64,000 nt of DNA from NCBI GenBank assembly GCA_028712375.1, contig JAQTQG010000002.1, forward strand, positions 8,032 to 72,031. The letters are read 5' to 3'. The DNA is from Candidatus Omnitrophota bacterium. Lineage in GTDB: Bacteria > Omnitrophota > Gorgyraeia > Gygaellales > Profunditerraquicolaceae. Position 1 is the stretch's first letter. The number at the start of each line of letters is the position of its first letter. Below the pieces are notes generated by a model. That model did not search any database and was not told where the DNA came from. It was given only the letters and a program-made list of their open reading frames with translations. Position numbers and translations under genes: made by a program. Shown piece by piece: positions 46,611 to 57,236 of the stretch.

Positions 46611-47590
46611 TATTTTTCAATTTTGGTAAAAATCATCCTTCCGGCTTGGGTCTGTAAAACTGAAGTTACCGCCACCTTCACATCCTGGCCGATCAGGCGC
46701 CGGGCATCTTCCACTACCACCATTGTACCGTCATCCAGGTAACCCACTGCCTGATTATGCTCCTTGCCTTCCTTAATCAATTTAATATGCATCTCTTCCC
46801 CGGGAAAAACTACCGGCTTAAGCGCATTGGCTAATTCATTAATATTAAGCACCTTGATCCCCTGGATGCTAGCTACCCGGTTTAAATTAAAATCAACAGT
46901 AAGAATTTTAGCTTCCAGCAGCTTAGCCAATAAAACCAGCTTCGCATCCACTTCTGAAGTCTCCGAAAAATCCTGTTCATGTATCGCAATATCCATTCCC
47001 GGTTCATTTTGAATGGTATTTAAAATCTCTAAGCCCCTCCGGCCTCTTTGGCGTTTAATCGGGTCGGTGGAATCAGCAATCTGCTGTAATTCCCTGAGCA
47101 CAAATTTCGGAATAACTACTTTACCGCCTAAAAAACGCGTTTTACAGATATCCACAATCCGACCGTCAATGATCACGCTGGTATCTAAAAGAATGACATC
47201 CTGGCTTTGGTCCTGCCGCCGCAGGCGCACATAAGGAATAATAATATTAAATTCATCTTTCCCGCGCAGAGCCATCACCATGCCCAGATAACAAAAAATC
47301 AAAGTCAATCCTACCCTGATCCTGGAAAGCATATTGGCATCTACCGGAGCCAGGCTGAATGCGTCTCCAACCAGCTTAGCCATAATTAAACCTAAGATTA
47401 ATCCGAATACCGCGCTGGATAATCCGCTCACCGAAACCTTACGTAAACCCACTTCAATTAAAATCATAATCAAAGCGGCTAAAGCACCGATAGACATGCC
47501 AACTAAACCATTGCCACCAAAACCGGCTGCCTGATAACCGATCACTGCGCTTCCTAAAATAAATAAAAGCCGCGCTAATAATAAATTCAT
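46610..47590 (-). CDS. yacL: PIN/TRAM domain membrane protein (YacL-like)
   Basis: N-terminal TM helices, a PIN domain ([12 protein letters not shown]) and a C-terminal TRAM-like beta barrel. It sits in the radA-yacL-ispDF neighbourhood, as in Bacillus. Confidence 0.75.
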   Translation of the reverse strand: MNLLLARLLFILGSAVIGYQAAGFGGNGLVGMSIGALAALIMILIEVGLRKVSVSGLSSAVFGLILGLIMAKLVGDAFSLAPVDANMLSRIRVGLTLIFCYLGMVMALRGKDEFNIIIPYVRLRRQDQSQDVILLDTSVIIDGRIVDICKTRFLGGKVVIPKFVLRELQQIADSTDPIKRQRGRRGLEILNTIQNEPGMDIAIHEQDFSETSEVDAKLVLLAKLLEAKILTVDFNLNRVASIQGIKVLNINELANALKPVVFPGEEMHIKLIKEGKEHNQAVGYLDDGTMVVVEDARRLIGQDVKVAVTSVLQTQAGRMIFTKIEK

Positions 47591-47692
47591 TTCCTTACCT
47601 CCTTAACAAGGTCCGGAGTACCCTGCTGTTTAATAAATAACCCCGGGATTAACCTGCTTAAATGCCCAACGATGAAATACTTCACGGCCATC

Positions 47693-49078
47693 TTAAACCT
47701 GTTGTTTCTGGCTGCAAAGTATAATATCTAGCGCCTCCTTTAAAGTTGAGACGGCAATAATTTCCATATCTGATTTTTTAAATTTAAGATTCTTAATGCT
47801 GTTCTTAGGTAAAATGCAGTGTTTAAACCCTAATTTCTCTGCCTCATTAATCCGCGTAAGCACCTGTGAAATACTTCTAATTTCGCCGCTCAAACCTACC
47901 TCTCCCAAAACTATAGATTTGGGCAATACTTCCTGATCACGAAAACTGGAAGCAATCACCGCGCACACCGCTAAATCCGCTGCCGGGTCTTCGATTTTAA
48001 TCCCCCCGGTAACATTAATAAATATATCTTCAGCTTCCAACGCCAACCCCATGCGTTTCTCTAAAACCGCAACTAATAAAGACAAGCGGTTAAAATCAAA
48101 ACCTTGCGCGCGCCGGCGGGCATAGCCAAAGCTGCTCCGGGAGACTAAAGACTGAATCTCCACTAAAAGCGGGCGGGTCCCTTCCAAGATCGAAGTAACA
48201 ATCGTGCCGGAAACACTGTTTGGCCGTTCTGATAAAAAGATTTCAGAAGGATTCTTTACTTCAGCTAATCCCGCAGATAGCATTTCAAACACTCCGATTT
48301 CATTAGTTGATCCAAACCTGTTTTTCACTGCCCTTAATATTCTGTAAATCGCGAAACGGTCTCCTTCGAAATACAGCACGGTATCTACGATGTGCTCTAA
48401 AACACGCGGCCCGGCTAAAGCACCTTCTTTAGTAACATGCCCGATAATAAAAATTGAGGTTTCCGTAGTTTTGGCTAATTGCGTAAGCACCCCGGCACAT
48501 TCCCTGACCTGGCTGACGCTCCCGGGGGAAGAACTGATCCCGGGGTCAAAGATGACCTGAATAGAATCAATTACTACCACCTGCGGCTTTAATTTTCTTA
48601 TATATTCAACGATTAAAGATAAATCTGTCTGATTAACAATATATAAATTATCGCTTCCTGACTCACCTAAACGCTTTGCGCGCAATTTAGTTTGAGCCAC
48701 GGATTCTTCACCGCTGACATAAAGCACACTGATTCCCTGCTTCGTTAAATGATTAGAAACCTGCAGAGAAATTGTAGATTTACCTACACCGGGATCGCCG
48801 CCGATCAACACCACAGACCCCTTAACAATCCCTCCGCCTAAAACCCGGTCCAGTTCAACAATATTGGTTTTTAACCTGTCCTCATCTTTGGCAACTACAT
48901 CTTTTAAAAGAACCGGCCCGTCTTTATACAGGCTGACCCTTTCTTTAGCACCGGGAGCAACCGGAGTATAATTTTCCTCGGCAAAAGAATTCCAGCTGTT
49001 ACAATCCGGGCAGCGGCCTAACCACTTAGGCGATTGGTAACCGCAAGCCGAACAACTAAAAACTGTTTTGGTCTTCAC
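47693..49078 (-). CDS. radA: DNA repair protein RadA (Sms)
   Basis: N-terminal zinc finger (CSACGYQSPKWLGRCPDCNSWNSF), a RecA-like Walker A (GGDPGVGKST) and a C-terminal Lon-like domain. GTG start. Confidence 0.92.
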   Translation of the reverse strand: MKTKTVFSCSACGYQSPKWLGRCPDCNSWNSFAEENYTPVAPGAKERVSLYKDGPVLLKDVVAKDEDRLKTNIVELDRVLGGGIVKGSVVLIGGDPGVGKSTISLQVSNHLTKQGISVLYVSGEESVAQTKLRAKRLGESGSDNLYIVNQTDLSLIVEYIRKLKPQVVVIDSIQVIFDPGISSSPGSVSQVRECAGVLTQLAKTTETSIFIIGHVTKEGALAGPRVLEHIVDTVLYFEGDRFAIYRILRAVKNRFGSTNEIGVFEMLSAGLAEVKNPSEIFLSERPNSVSGTIVTSILEGTRPLLVEIQSLVSRSSFGYARRRAQGFDFNRLSLLVAVLEKRMGLALEAEDIFINVTGGIKIEDPAADLAVCAVIASSFRDQEVLPKSIVLGEVGLSGEIRSISQVLTRINEAEKLGFKHCILPKNSIKNLKFKKSDMEIIAVSTLKEALDIILCSQKQQV

Positions 49079-49147
49079 CCCGCACCTTCTTGTTATTAAT
49101 TCATTAAACCATCAGCTTTAGTACTTGAACAATAAGAAGGTGCGGGG
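49076..49147 (-). promoter_or_regulatory. Inverted-repeat hairpin sequestering the radA Shine-Dalgarno and GTG start (second copy of the 30763 module)
   Basis: mRNA sense reads AAACCCCGCACCTTCTT-(44 nt)-AAGAAGGTGCGGG-GTG-AAG. The 18-nt agaaggtgcggggtgaag is identical to the lptF copy. Confidence 0.6.
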
Positions 49148-49238
49148 TTTGCCCCTTTTGCACCTTCTCCCTATTCATTAACTCTAAACCAAACCCTGCG
49201 CCTTCTAATATTTAAACAAAAGAAAACACAGGGGTTCA

Positions 49239-49853
49239 TTATTTCTTCTCTTTAGCCTTAATTAATAATTTCCAGGGGTTCTTACGCACATCCGCAACAA
49301 AAGCTTCCAGTTCGTTATAAATCGCATCATCATAGATAAGCCTGCCTAAAGAGCCTTCTTTATTCACAATCTTGGCAATCCCGTTATCTACATTATTCAT
49401 TATACTTTCTGCCTTACGCAGCAACTCCTGCGTAGGCAAAGGATCAACCCCGGTGAGATACCCATTTTCCTGAAGAGTAAGGGAATAATCTTTCCCCGGC
49501 ATGATCTCTACATATTTTTCACCCAATAATCCCAAAGTATTCACCCATACCGTGGAATCAACCGGCACGCGCACTATATCCCTGATCCAAACCTCCAGGC
49601 ATACACTTGTATGATTCTGATCCGGCTTAAACTGCAGGTTAATTTTCTTTACCTCCCCGACATCTACCCCGGCAAAACGCACAGGTGCCCCGATTTTCAC
49701 CCCGTTAACAAAATTAAAAATAAGATTAATCCGGTAGCCGGAACTCCAGGTTTTAAATCCGCCGATCGATAATATAAAAATAACCAAAACGACCAATCCG
49801 ATAAAAACGAAAATTCCTACTTTAAGTTCTAATTTGGTTTTACCAAAAATCAT
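49239..49853 (-). CDS. mlaD: MCE-domain protein MlaD
   Basis: N-terminal TM helix plus an MCE domain. Confidence 0.8.
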   Translation of the reverse strand: MIFGKTKLELKVGIFVFIGLVVLVIFILSIGGFKTWSSGYRINLIFNFVNGVKIGAPVRFAGVDVGEVKKINLQFKPDQNHTSVCLEVWIRDIVRVPVDSTVWVNTLGLLGEKYVEIMPGKDYSLTLQENGYLTGVDPLPTQELLRKAESIMNNVDNGIAKIVNKEGSLGRLIYDDAIYNELEAFVADVRKNPWKLLIKAKEKK

Positions 49854-49927
49854 TTAAGCCTCCTCATTTTTCCCCAGCCTCCGGCGCATAAAAAAATAAC
49901 CTCAAGCTCCCGCCAGAAGAACATTAT

Positions 49928-50683
49928 TTAAGCATCCACTACTTCTGTTATCGGCCCCTTGGAAAGTCCGTTAATAAACTGGTGCACTACCGGATCCTGC
50001 GTTTCCTGGATCTGCTCCGCAGTACCCTCCAGAATTATCTTTCCTTTATACATCATGGCAATTTTATCGGCAATATGATAAGCGCTTTTCATATCATGAG
50101 TAACTACCAAGGATGTAACTTTTAATTTATCGTGCAATGAACGGATCAATTCATTAATGCAATCAGCAGTAATCGGGTCCACCCCCGTAGTCGGTTCATC
50201 ATAAAGAATAATCTCCGGTTTTATGCAAATTGCCCGGGCTAAAGCTACGCGTTTTTTCATCCCCCCGCTTAACTCTGAAGGCATAAGGTTTCCAATGCCG
50301 CCTAAACCCACCAAAGATAAGGATTCCTCCGCCCGCTCCAGGATTTCTTTTGGGTCCAGATGAGTATGCTCCAGCAGGCTAAAACCTACATTTTCACTTA
50401 CATTCATCGAATCAAAAAGTGCCCCTCCCTGAAAAACCATGCTTATTTTTGAACGCAAAGCCGCTAACTCTAATTCTTTCAAAGAAGCTACTTCTTTAGA
50501 CTCCACCAAAACCCGGCCGTTATCCGGCCTCAGTAACCCGACAATATGTTTAAGCAAAACGGATTTTCCACAACCGCTCCTGCCGATAATTACACAAGTC
50601 TGCCCGGTCTGCACATTTAAACTCAATTCATCTAAAACCAGGTTATTGTTAAATCTTTTACTTAAACGCTGTATTTCAATCAT
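49928..50683 (-). CDS. mlaF: ABC transporter ATP-binding protein MlaF
   Basis: Walker A (GRSGCGKS), ABC signature (LSGGMKKRVALARA) and Walker B (ILYDEPT). Confidence 0.85.
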   Translation of the reverse strand: MIEIQRLSKRFNNNLVLDELSLNVQTGQTCVIIGRSGCGKSVLLKHIVGLLRPDNGRVLVESKEVASLKELELAALRSKISMVFQGGALFDSMNVSENVGFSLLEHTHLDPKEILERAEESLSLVGLGGIGNLMPSELSGGMKKRVALARAICIKPEIILYDEPTTGVDPITADCINELIRSLHDKLKVTSLVVTHDMKSAYHIADKIAMMYKGKIILEGTAEQIQETQDPVVHQFINGLSKGPITEVVDA

Positions 50684-50687
50684 TTTT

Positions 50688-51473
50688 TTAAGGAAAAATA
50701 AAATAGAATAACGCGGTAATCAAGCAATCCGCGGCCAGAATCATCAAAAAGCTGATTACCACTGAACGCGTAGTGGCCCGGCCTACTCCCACTGCCCCGC
50801 CGTCAACATTAAAACCTTCATAGCAACTTACCAGGGCGATAACCATACCAAAGATCCAGGCTTTAAATAATCCCGTACATAAATCTTTATACAGCAAAGC
50901 AGAAAACGTCATATTCATGTACATGCTGCTGGTAATTCCTAATTTTACTACACAGATAAGATAGCTTCCAATTATTCCGACGATATTAGCATATAACGTA
51001 AGCACAGGAAGCATAATGCCCAGAGCGACAAAACGCGGCACAACTAAGTATTTTATCGGATTAGTCGCCAAAGTTTCTAAAGCGTCGATCTGCTCAGTAA
51101 CCTGCATCGAGCCTAATTCGGCGGTATTGGCCGCACCTACCCTTCCGGCAACAATTAAAGCGGTAATCACCGGGCCTAGTTCGCGCACAATCGCCAAAGC
51201 CACGAGGCTTGCGATATACATCTCTGAACCGATGCGCTGCATAAAATAACCGAATTGCAGCGCAAAAATAAAACCGATAAACAAAGCGACTACCGAAACA
51301 ATCGGCAGGCTGTCGTAACCGGCTTTTTTAGACTGCTCCACAATATGGCCATATTTATATGGAGGCTTAAAAGTTTGATAAACAGTCTGCGCCGTCAAAC
51401 TGGCTAAGCCGCCGAAAAAATACATAAAAGAAAGTATTTTACGGCCCAGGTCCATAAAAAATAGCATAAACAT
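50688..51473 (-). CDS. mlaE: ABC transporter permease MlaE
   Basis: MlaE/YrbE-family permease architecture. Confidence 0.8.
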   Translation of the reverse strand: MFMLFFMDLGRKILSFMYFFGGLASLTAQTVYQTFKPPYKYGHIVEQSKKAGYDSLPIVSVVALFIGFIFALQFGYFMQRIGSEMYIASLVALAIVRELGPVITALIVAGRVGAANTAELGSMQVTEQIDALETLATNPIKYLVVPRFVALGIMLPVLTLYANIVGIIGSYLICVVKLGITSSMYMNMTFSALLYKDLCTGLFKAWIFGMVIALVSCYEGFNVDGGAVGVGRATTRSVVISFLMILAADCLITALFYFIFP

Positions 51474-53896
51474 TATCCGAAAATCAGCTCTTCATTCTTG
51501 CGCGTTACTTTAATTAAAGAGCCCTCCTTATATTTTTTAGAAATAATCTCATTGGCTAAAGAATCTTCCAGGTATCTTTGAATAGTCCTTTTTAAGGGAC
51601 GGGCGCCAAAAACAGGGTCAAACCCTTTTTCAATTAAAAGATCCTTAGCCTCCTGGCTTACCTCTAGAACAATTTTTTGCTCTTTTAGGCGTTCAATCAC
51701 ATAACCGATCTCGATATCAATAATCTTAGAGAGATCTTCTCTGACTAACTGCTTAAAAACAATAATATCATCGATACGGTTTAAGAACTCCGGCTTAAAA
51801 GCATGTTTGACCGCTTCCAGGAGCTTATCTTTCATATCCTGGTAAGTACCTTCGTCTTTTTGTGATTTAAAACCCAATGAGCCGGTTTTACGGATTAATT
51901 CTGCCCCGACATTAGAAGTCATAATAATAATCGTATTCTTAAAGTTTACTTTACGGCCAAAACTATCAGTAAGCCGGCCTTCCTCAAAAACCTGCAGCAG
52001 TAAATTAAAAACATCCGGATGCGCTTTTTCAATTTCATCTAAAAGTATAACCGCGTAAGGCCGCCGGCGCACGCGTTCAGTCAGTTGCCCGCCCTCCTCA
52101 TATCCCACATACCCCGGGGGAGCGCCGATTAAACGCGAAACATTAAACTTTTCCATATATTCGGACATATCTATTTGCAGCAACGCGTCTTCATCTCCAA
52201 ACATAAACTCCGCTAATGCCCTAGCCAGCAAAGTTTTCCCTACTCCAGTCGGGCCTAGAAATACAAATGAACCGATTGGCCGCTTAGGGTCTTTGATCCC
52301 GGCACGCGAACGCCTTACCGCGTGAGCAATCGCTTCAATCGCTTCATTCTGGCCCACTACGCGCTTATGCAATTCTTCTTCAATTTTAAGTAACTTTTCA
52401 CTTTCCTTCTCTTCTAACCTAAAGATAGGAATTCCAGTCCACTGCGCCAGGATTTTAGCAATATCTTCTCCAGTCACTTCCGGGCGCATCTTATCTTTAG
52501 CCTGGCTCCATTCTTTATTTAACCGCTCCAATTCCTGACGGGCAACACGTTCCTGATCCCGCAAAGAAGCAGCTTTCTCAAAATCCTGGCTCTTAATATA
52601 AGCTTCTTTTTCTTTTCTTAATGACTCGACATTTGCTTCGATGCTCTTGATATTTTCCGGAACAATCAGGACATTTAAGCGCGCGCGGGAACCGGCTTCA
52701 TCAATCAAATCAATCGCTTTATCCGGCATAAATCTTCCGGTAATGTAGCGGTCGCTTAATACAGCCGCTGCCTCCAGGGCTTCATCTTTAAAAGTAACCC
52801 GGTGATGCGCTTCATACTTATCCCGCAGGCCTTTCAAAATTTTAACGGTTTGCTCAACGGTAGGCGGTTCCACCATAATCGTCTGAAAACGGCGCTCCAA
52901 AGCTGCATCTTTTTCAATATATTTACGGTATTCATTAATCGTAGTAGCCCCGATACACTGCATCTCCCCCCGGGAAAGAGAAGGCTTCATAATATTAGAA
53001 GCATCGATGGCGCCTTCGGCGGCTCCGGCACCCACTAAAGTATGCAGTTCGTCAATAAAAATAATTACATCCTGGGAACGCTTAATCTCTTCCATAATTG
53101 CCTTGATTCTTTCTTCAAACTGCCCGCGGTATTTAGTCCCGGCAACCATTAATGCCAGATCCAGGACAACAATACGTTTTCCTCTTAAAACTTCAGGAAT
53201 ATTTCCGGCGTTAATTAACTGGGCTAACCCTTCCACAATCGCGGTTTTACCGACTCCGGCTTCCCCTAAAAGCACCGGATTATTTTTAGTGCGGCGGCTT
53301 AAGATTTGCACTACCCGCTCAATCTCCTGCGCCCGGTCAATTACCGGATCCAACTTATTTTCACGCGCCAAAGCTGTCAGGTCCCTGCCAAAAGCATCCA
53401 GGGCCGGAGTCTTAGACTTTGCTGCTTGCGGGCCCTGTTGTTGGCCCATCCCCGGTAAAGCCGAGCCTAAAAGGCTCATCACCTCATTACGCACAGAATT
53501 TAAATCCATACCCAGATTTAATAACACTTGCGAAGCAATACCTTCACCTTCGCGAATAAGCCCGAGTAAAAGATGTTCTGTACCGATATAATTATGCCCT
53601 AAAGAACGTGCCTCTTCGGCTGCCAGCTCTAAAGCTTTTTTGGCACGCGGAGTAAAAGGAATATCACCGATAATCTGAGTAGCCGGGCCGGGCTGCACCA
53701 ACTTCTCAATCTCCAGCCTGATATTCTCCAGCGAAACTTCCAGTTTCTGCAATACCGCCGCCGCTACTCCTTCGCCTTCCCGGATCAAGCCTAAAAGTAT
53801 ATGTTCAGTACCGATATAATCATGATTAAAACGCCTGGCTTCTTCCTTGGCTAAAATAATCACTTTTCTTGCTCTTTCCGTAAAACGATTAAACAT
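51473..53896 (-). CDS. clpC: ATP-dependent Clp protease ATP-binding subunit ClpC
   Basis: Two Clp_N repeats, two AAA+ modules (GEAGVGKTAIVEGLA; GPTGVGKTLLARALA), a short UVR-like linker and an LGF ClpP-docking loop. 807 aa. Confidence 0.9.
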   Translation of the reverse strand: MFNRFTERARKVIILAKEEARRFNHDYIGTEHILLGLIREGEGVAAAVLQKLEVSLENIRLEIEKLVQPGPATQIIGDIPFTPRAKKALELAAEEARSLGHNYIGTEHLLLGLIREGEGIASQVLLNLGMDLNSVRNEVMSLLGSALPGMGQQQGPQAAKSKTPALDAFGRDLTALARENKLDPVIDRAQEIERVVQILSRRTKNNPVLLGEAGVGKTAIVEGLAQLINAGNIPEVLRGKRIVVLDLALMVAGTKYRGQFEERIKAIMEEIKRSQDVIIFIDELHTLVGAGAAEGAIDASNIMKPSLSRGEMQCIGATTINEYRKYIEKDAALERRFQTIMVEPPTVEQTVKILKGLRDKYEAHHRVTFKDEALEAAAVLSDRYITGRFMPDKAIDLIDEAGSRARLNVLIVPENIKSIEANVESLRKEKEAYIKSQDFEKAASLRDQERVARQELERLNKEWSQAKDKMRPEVTGEDIAKILAQWTGIPIFRLEEKESEKLLKIEEELHKRVVGQNEAIEAIAHAVRRSRAGIKDPKRPIGSFVFLGPTGVGKTLLARALAEFMFGDEDALLQIDMSEYMEKFNVSRLIGAPPGYVGYEEGGQLTERVRRRPYAVILLDEIEKAHPDVFNLLLQVFEEGRLTDSFGRKVNFKNTIIIMTSNVGAELIRKTGSLGFKSQKDEGTYQDMKDKLLEAVKHAFKPEFLNRIDDIIVFKQLVREDLSKIIDIEIGYVIERLKEQKIVLEVSQEAKDLLIEKGFDPVFGARPLKRTIQRYLEDSLANEIISKKYKEGSLIKVTRKNEELIFG

Positions 53897-54005
53897 GATA
53901 ATTTCTCCTCTAATATACCCCCGGTTAATCCCCTTCGGGGATCAAACATGGAGGACTGCGTTAAATAAAAACTACAGGATGCTCAATTAACAGATTAGCC
54001 TAAAA

Positions 54006-55064
54006 TTAAGCGCCCATTAAGTTAAGTTTTTTCCTAATCAACTCTGCTCTTTTTAAGTCCCGCTGGTCTGAAGAAAGCTTGACATTCTCCAACTTCTGCA
54101 AATGTGCCGGCTGAGTAATAATAAACAGTTCGTTAATTGTGCGCCGGTCAATATCCTTAATCATTCCCAGGTCGCTGCCTAACCTGACCATAGACAACAA
54201 TTCAATTGTCTCCTGGCTGGTAATGATCCGGGCACTTTTTAAAATTCCCAGGGAACGGTTAATCCTATCCTCCAGGATTTCTTTGCTTTTAGTCAACATA
54301 ATCTCCCGGGCCTGCGTCTCCTGTTCAATAATCTGCCGGATAAGGCCGTTAATATTTTCAATAATCTCCGTTTCACTATGCCCCAAAGAAACCTGATTGG
54401 AAATTTGAAAAAAATTCCCGCTGGCCTGCGTGCCTTCTCCATAAAGCCCGCGCGTAGTAAAACTTAATTTGGCAATCGCCGCCAACACCCGCTCAATCTG
54501 CCGGCTCATTACCAACGCAGGCAAATGCAGCATCACTGACCCACGCATGCCCGTACCGGTATTGGTCGGGCAAGCGGTAAGATAACCAAAATCATCCAAA
54601 TAGGCATAATCCAGAAGTTTAGCTAAAGCATCATCAATACCATTAATAATTTCCCAGGCTTCGAAAAGATTGAAACCTGATTGCATAAGCTGAATGCGCA
54701 AATGATCCTCTTCGTTAATCATCACGGCGATATTTTCTTCATCGTTCACCAAGACTGCTTTTTGTTCTGTTTTTTGAGTATGCTCGATAGACATCAGGTG
54801 CCTTTCCACCAAGAATTGTTTATCGATACTGTCTAAGTCCGCTAAAATAAAAAGCGTGGCTTTGCTCAGTACATCCACTTTGCCCATTGCCTGACGGGTC
54901 TTTTCCAAAACCTCATTTAGCTGCGCCTTAGATGCCCAATGCGGAAAAGGAAACTTATTTAAATTCCTGGCCAGGCGGATTCTACTGGAGATCACGATAT
55001 CCGAATTCGGTCCCGTACCCTTAAGCCATTCGCTGGTATGATTAATTAAATCATTAATCTGCAT
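54006..55064 (-). CDS. mcsB: Protein-arginine kinase McsB (ATP:guanido phosphotransferase)
   Basis: Phosphagen-kinase catalytic motif CPTNTGTGMRGSVMLHLP. Confidence 0.88.
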   Translation of the reverse strand: MQINDLINHTSEWLKGTGPNSDIVISSRIRLARNLNKFPFPHWASKAQLNEVLEKTRQAMGKVDVLSKATLFILADLDSIDKQFLVERHLMSIEHTQKTEQKAVLVNDEENIAVMINEEDHLRIQLMQSGFNLFEAWEIINGIDDALAKLLDYAYLDDFGYLTACPTNTGTGMRGSVMLHLPALVMSRQIERVLAAIAKLSFTTRGLYGEGTQASGNFFQISNQVSLGHSETEIIENINGLIRQIIEQETQAREIMLTKSKEILEDRINRSLGILKSARIITSQETIELLSMVRLGSDLGMIKDIDRRTINELFIITQPAHLQKLENVKLSSDQRDLKRAELIRKKLNLMGA

Positions 55065-55109
55065 ATCATCCTTTATTTGCTCATGTTTTTATGCTGCTTC
55101 CTGAAACCT

Positions 55110-55625
55110 CTAAGCACTGTCCTGCTGCGAGGACATTTTCTTGATCTGATCACGCAGGCGCGCTGCTTCTTCAAAAGCTTCCTGCTGAATAGCTTTTTGC
55201 AGCTGGTCTTTTAATTCTTGTAAACCGGATTTCTTTTTATTAGGCTTAAGCGTAATTTTTGCTTTAGCCGGATTTTTCCCGACATGCTGATTTGAGCCAT
55301 GAATGCGCTTTAATAAAGGTGCCAGGTATTTACGAAAAGCATTAAAACATTCCCCGCAGCCTAACCGTCCGATCTTCTTAAAATCCGCATAAGTCAAGCC
55401 GCAAGCGGGGCATTTAATGGTAACCGGCTCTTCTTCTTTATCCGAAGAGGGTTTTTCAAAATCCGCCATACCTGCTAACAGGTCACTTAAACCAAACTGC
55501 TGCTCCATGGCCGCGCTTTTATGCCTGGCGCAATCCTCGCATAAATGCAGTTCATTCATCTGCTCATCAATAATCTCAGTCAAATGCACAGTAGCCGGAT
55601 TTTTACCGCAAATATCACAAAGCAT
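55110..55625 (-). CDS. mcsA: McsA-like activator of protein-arginine kinase (zinc fingers + UVR domain)
   Basis: CDICG...CEDC...CPACG...CGEC zinc-binding modules and a C-terminal UVR-like helix (QEAFEEAARLRDQIKKM). Confidence 0.8.
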   Translation of the reverse strand: MLCDICGKNPATVHLTEIIDEQMNELHLCEDCARHKSAAMEQQFGLSDLLAGMADFEKPSSDKEEEPVTIKCPACGLTYADFKKIGRLGCGECFNAFRKYLAPLLKRIHGSNQHVGKNPAKAKITLKPNKKKSGLQELKDQLQKAIQQEAFEEAARLRDQIKKMSSQQDSA

Positions 55626-55626
55626 A

Positions 55627-56496
55627 TTAATATTTTACCCCGTTCTTAACCGTTAACTCTTTAAATTTTTTTATTAAATTCAGAGTAAGTTTTCCGGGCT
55701 TTCCCTGGCCGATAACCCGGCCATCCACTTTCACTACCGGGATCACTTCCGCCGCAGTACCGGTAAGGAAGCATTCATCTGAAATATAAACTTCGTGGCG
55801 GGTAATCACGTGTTCATGCGCCGGAATTTTATCTCTGCGGGCAATCTCCAATATGGAATCACGGGTAATCCCGCGTAAAGTCCCCATGCACTGCGGAGGA
55901 GTATAAAGATGTCCGTTTTTTACTACAAAAATATTATCTCCGGTGCACTCGGCAACATAACCTAAAGAATCCAGCATAATTGCCTCATCGCATCCGGCAT
56001 TAGCAGCTTCAATCTTGGCCAGAATATTATTCAAATAATTCAAAGACTTGATCTGCGGATTAAGCGCTTCCGGCAGATTGCGCACCGTAGGCACGGTAAC
56101 AATCGCCAAACCTTCGCGATAAAGCTTCTCCGGGTACAAAGCAATTTTATCGGCGATCACAATAATTGTCGGGCCTTGAGTACACTTGCGCGGGTCAAGC
56201 CCCAAATCACCTACCCCGCGGGAAACTACCAGGCGGATATAAGCATTCTCCAGTTTATTTATCTTCAACGTCTGAACCACCGCTTTAATCAATTGCTCTT
56301 TAGTAAGCGGAATTTTTAGCATAATACTCTGGGCAGACTCCAGAAGCCGGTCGATATGCTCGCTTAATTTAAATACCCGGCGGCTATAGGAGCGGATTCC
56401 TTCAAAAACTCCGTCGCCATAAAGTAAGCCATGGTCAAACACGGAAACTTTGGCGTTTTCTTTATCGTAAAATTTTCCATTGATATAAATTTTCAT
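55627..56496 (-). CDS. ilvE: Class IV aminotransferase (branched-chain amino acid or D-amino acid aminotransferase)
   Basis: Fold-type IV PLP enzyme: FDHGLLYGDGVFEGIRSY ... LTGTAAEVIPV. Confidence 0.75.
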   Translation of the reverse strand: MKIYINGKFYDKENAKVSVFDHGLLYGDGVFEGIRSYSRRVFKLSEHIDRLLESAQSIMLKIPLTKEQLIKAVVQTLKINKLENAYIRLVVSRGVGDLGLDPRKCTQGPTIIVIADKIALYPEKLYREGLAIVTVPTVRNLPEALNPQIKSLNYLNNILAKIEAANAGCDEAIMLDSLGYVAECTGDNIFVVKNGHLYTPPQCMGTLRGITRDSILEIARRDKIPAHEHVITRHEVYISDECFLTGTAAEVIPVVKVDGRVIGQGKPGKLTLNLIKKFKELTVKNGVKY

Positions 56497-56522
56497 TTCT
56501 TCCCCCTTTTTACGCCCCGCGC

Positions 56523-57236
56523 TTAACTTTGTTGCGCGGGCGCGCGCTCGGTAGCGCGATGTAAAATAAGCCCGTCTTTAAGGCACATAGTTCTTCCAGC
56601 ACCACAGGCAAGATCCTTGTCATGAGTAACCATAATAATAGTAATTTTTTGGCTTTGGTTAAGCTCGATTAAAAGCTGCAAAATATTCTTTCCATTCTCC
56701 GAATCTAAATTTCCCGTAGGTTCATCGCAAAGTAAAAGCTGCGGATGGTTGATTAACGCCCGGGCAATCGCCACCCGCTGCTGTTCTCCGCCGCTTAAAG
56801 CGCTTGGCCGGTGCTTTAGCCGGGAGGATAACCCTAATCTTTCTAAAAGTTCAAGCGCCTTGCTTAAACTTTTTTTCCTCTCCCACCAGGATTTTAAAAT
56901 TCCCGGCAGCAAAACATTTTCTAAAGCGCTCAACTCCGGCAATAGATGAAAGAATTGAAAAACAAATCCTATTTTCTGATTGCGTAAAGCAGCGCGCTTA
57001 TTTTCATCTATGGCATAAATATCCGCTCCCTGAAAATAAACATTCCCCATCGTCGGGTTATCCAGGCCGCCCAAAATATGTAAAAGCGTCGACTTACCCG
57101 CGCCGCTTGGCCCCTGAATTACCAAAAATTCACCAGATGAAACAGAAAAAGTTATATTCTTTAATACTTCCAGACTGCTTGAGCTATCCCGGTAACTTTT
57201 ACAGATCGAGCTAACTTTAATTACTTCGTCATTCAT
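56523..57236 (-). CDS. lolD: ABC transporter ATP-binding protein, LolD/MacB type
   Basis: Walker A (GPSGAGKST), signature ([14 protein letters not shown]) and Walker B. Paired with an FtsX-like permease. Confidence 0.8.
   Translation of the reverse strand: MNDEVIKVSSICKSYRDSSSSLEVLKNITFSVSSGEFLVIQGPSGAGKSTLLHILGGLDNPTMGNVYFQGADIYAIDENKRAALRNQKIGFVFQFFHLLPELSALENVLLPGILKSWWERKKSLSKALELLERLGLSSRLKHRPSALSGGEQQRVAIARALINHPQLLLCDEPTGNLDSENGKNILQLLIELNQSQKITIIMVTHDKDLACGAGRTMCLKDGLILHRATERAPAQQS

Noticed and set aside
55117-55150. Hairpin TGTCCT-gctgcg-AGGACA + TTTTCTTG read as a plus-strand terminator.
   Set aside because: It lies inside or at the end of the minus-strand mcsA coding region, and no plus-strand gene precedes it. 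It is probably incidental.
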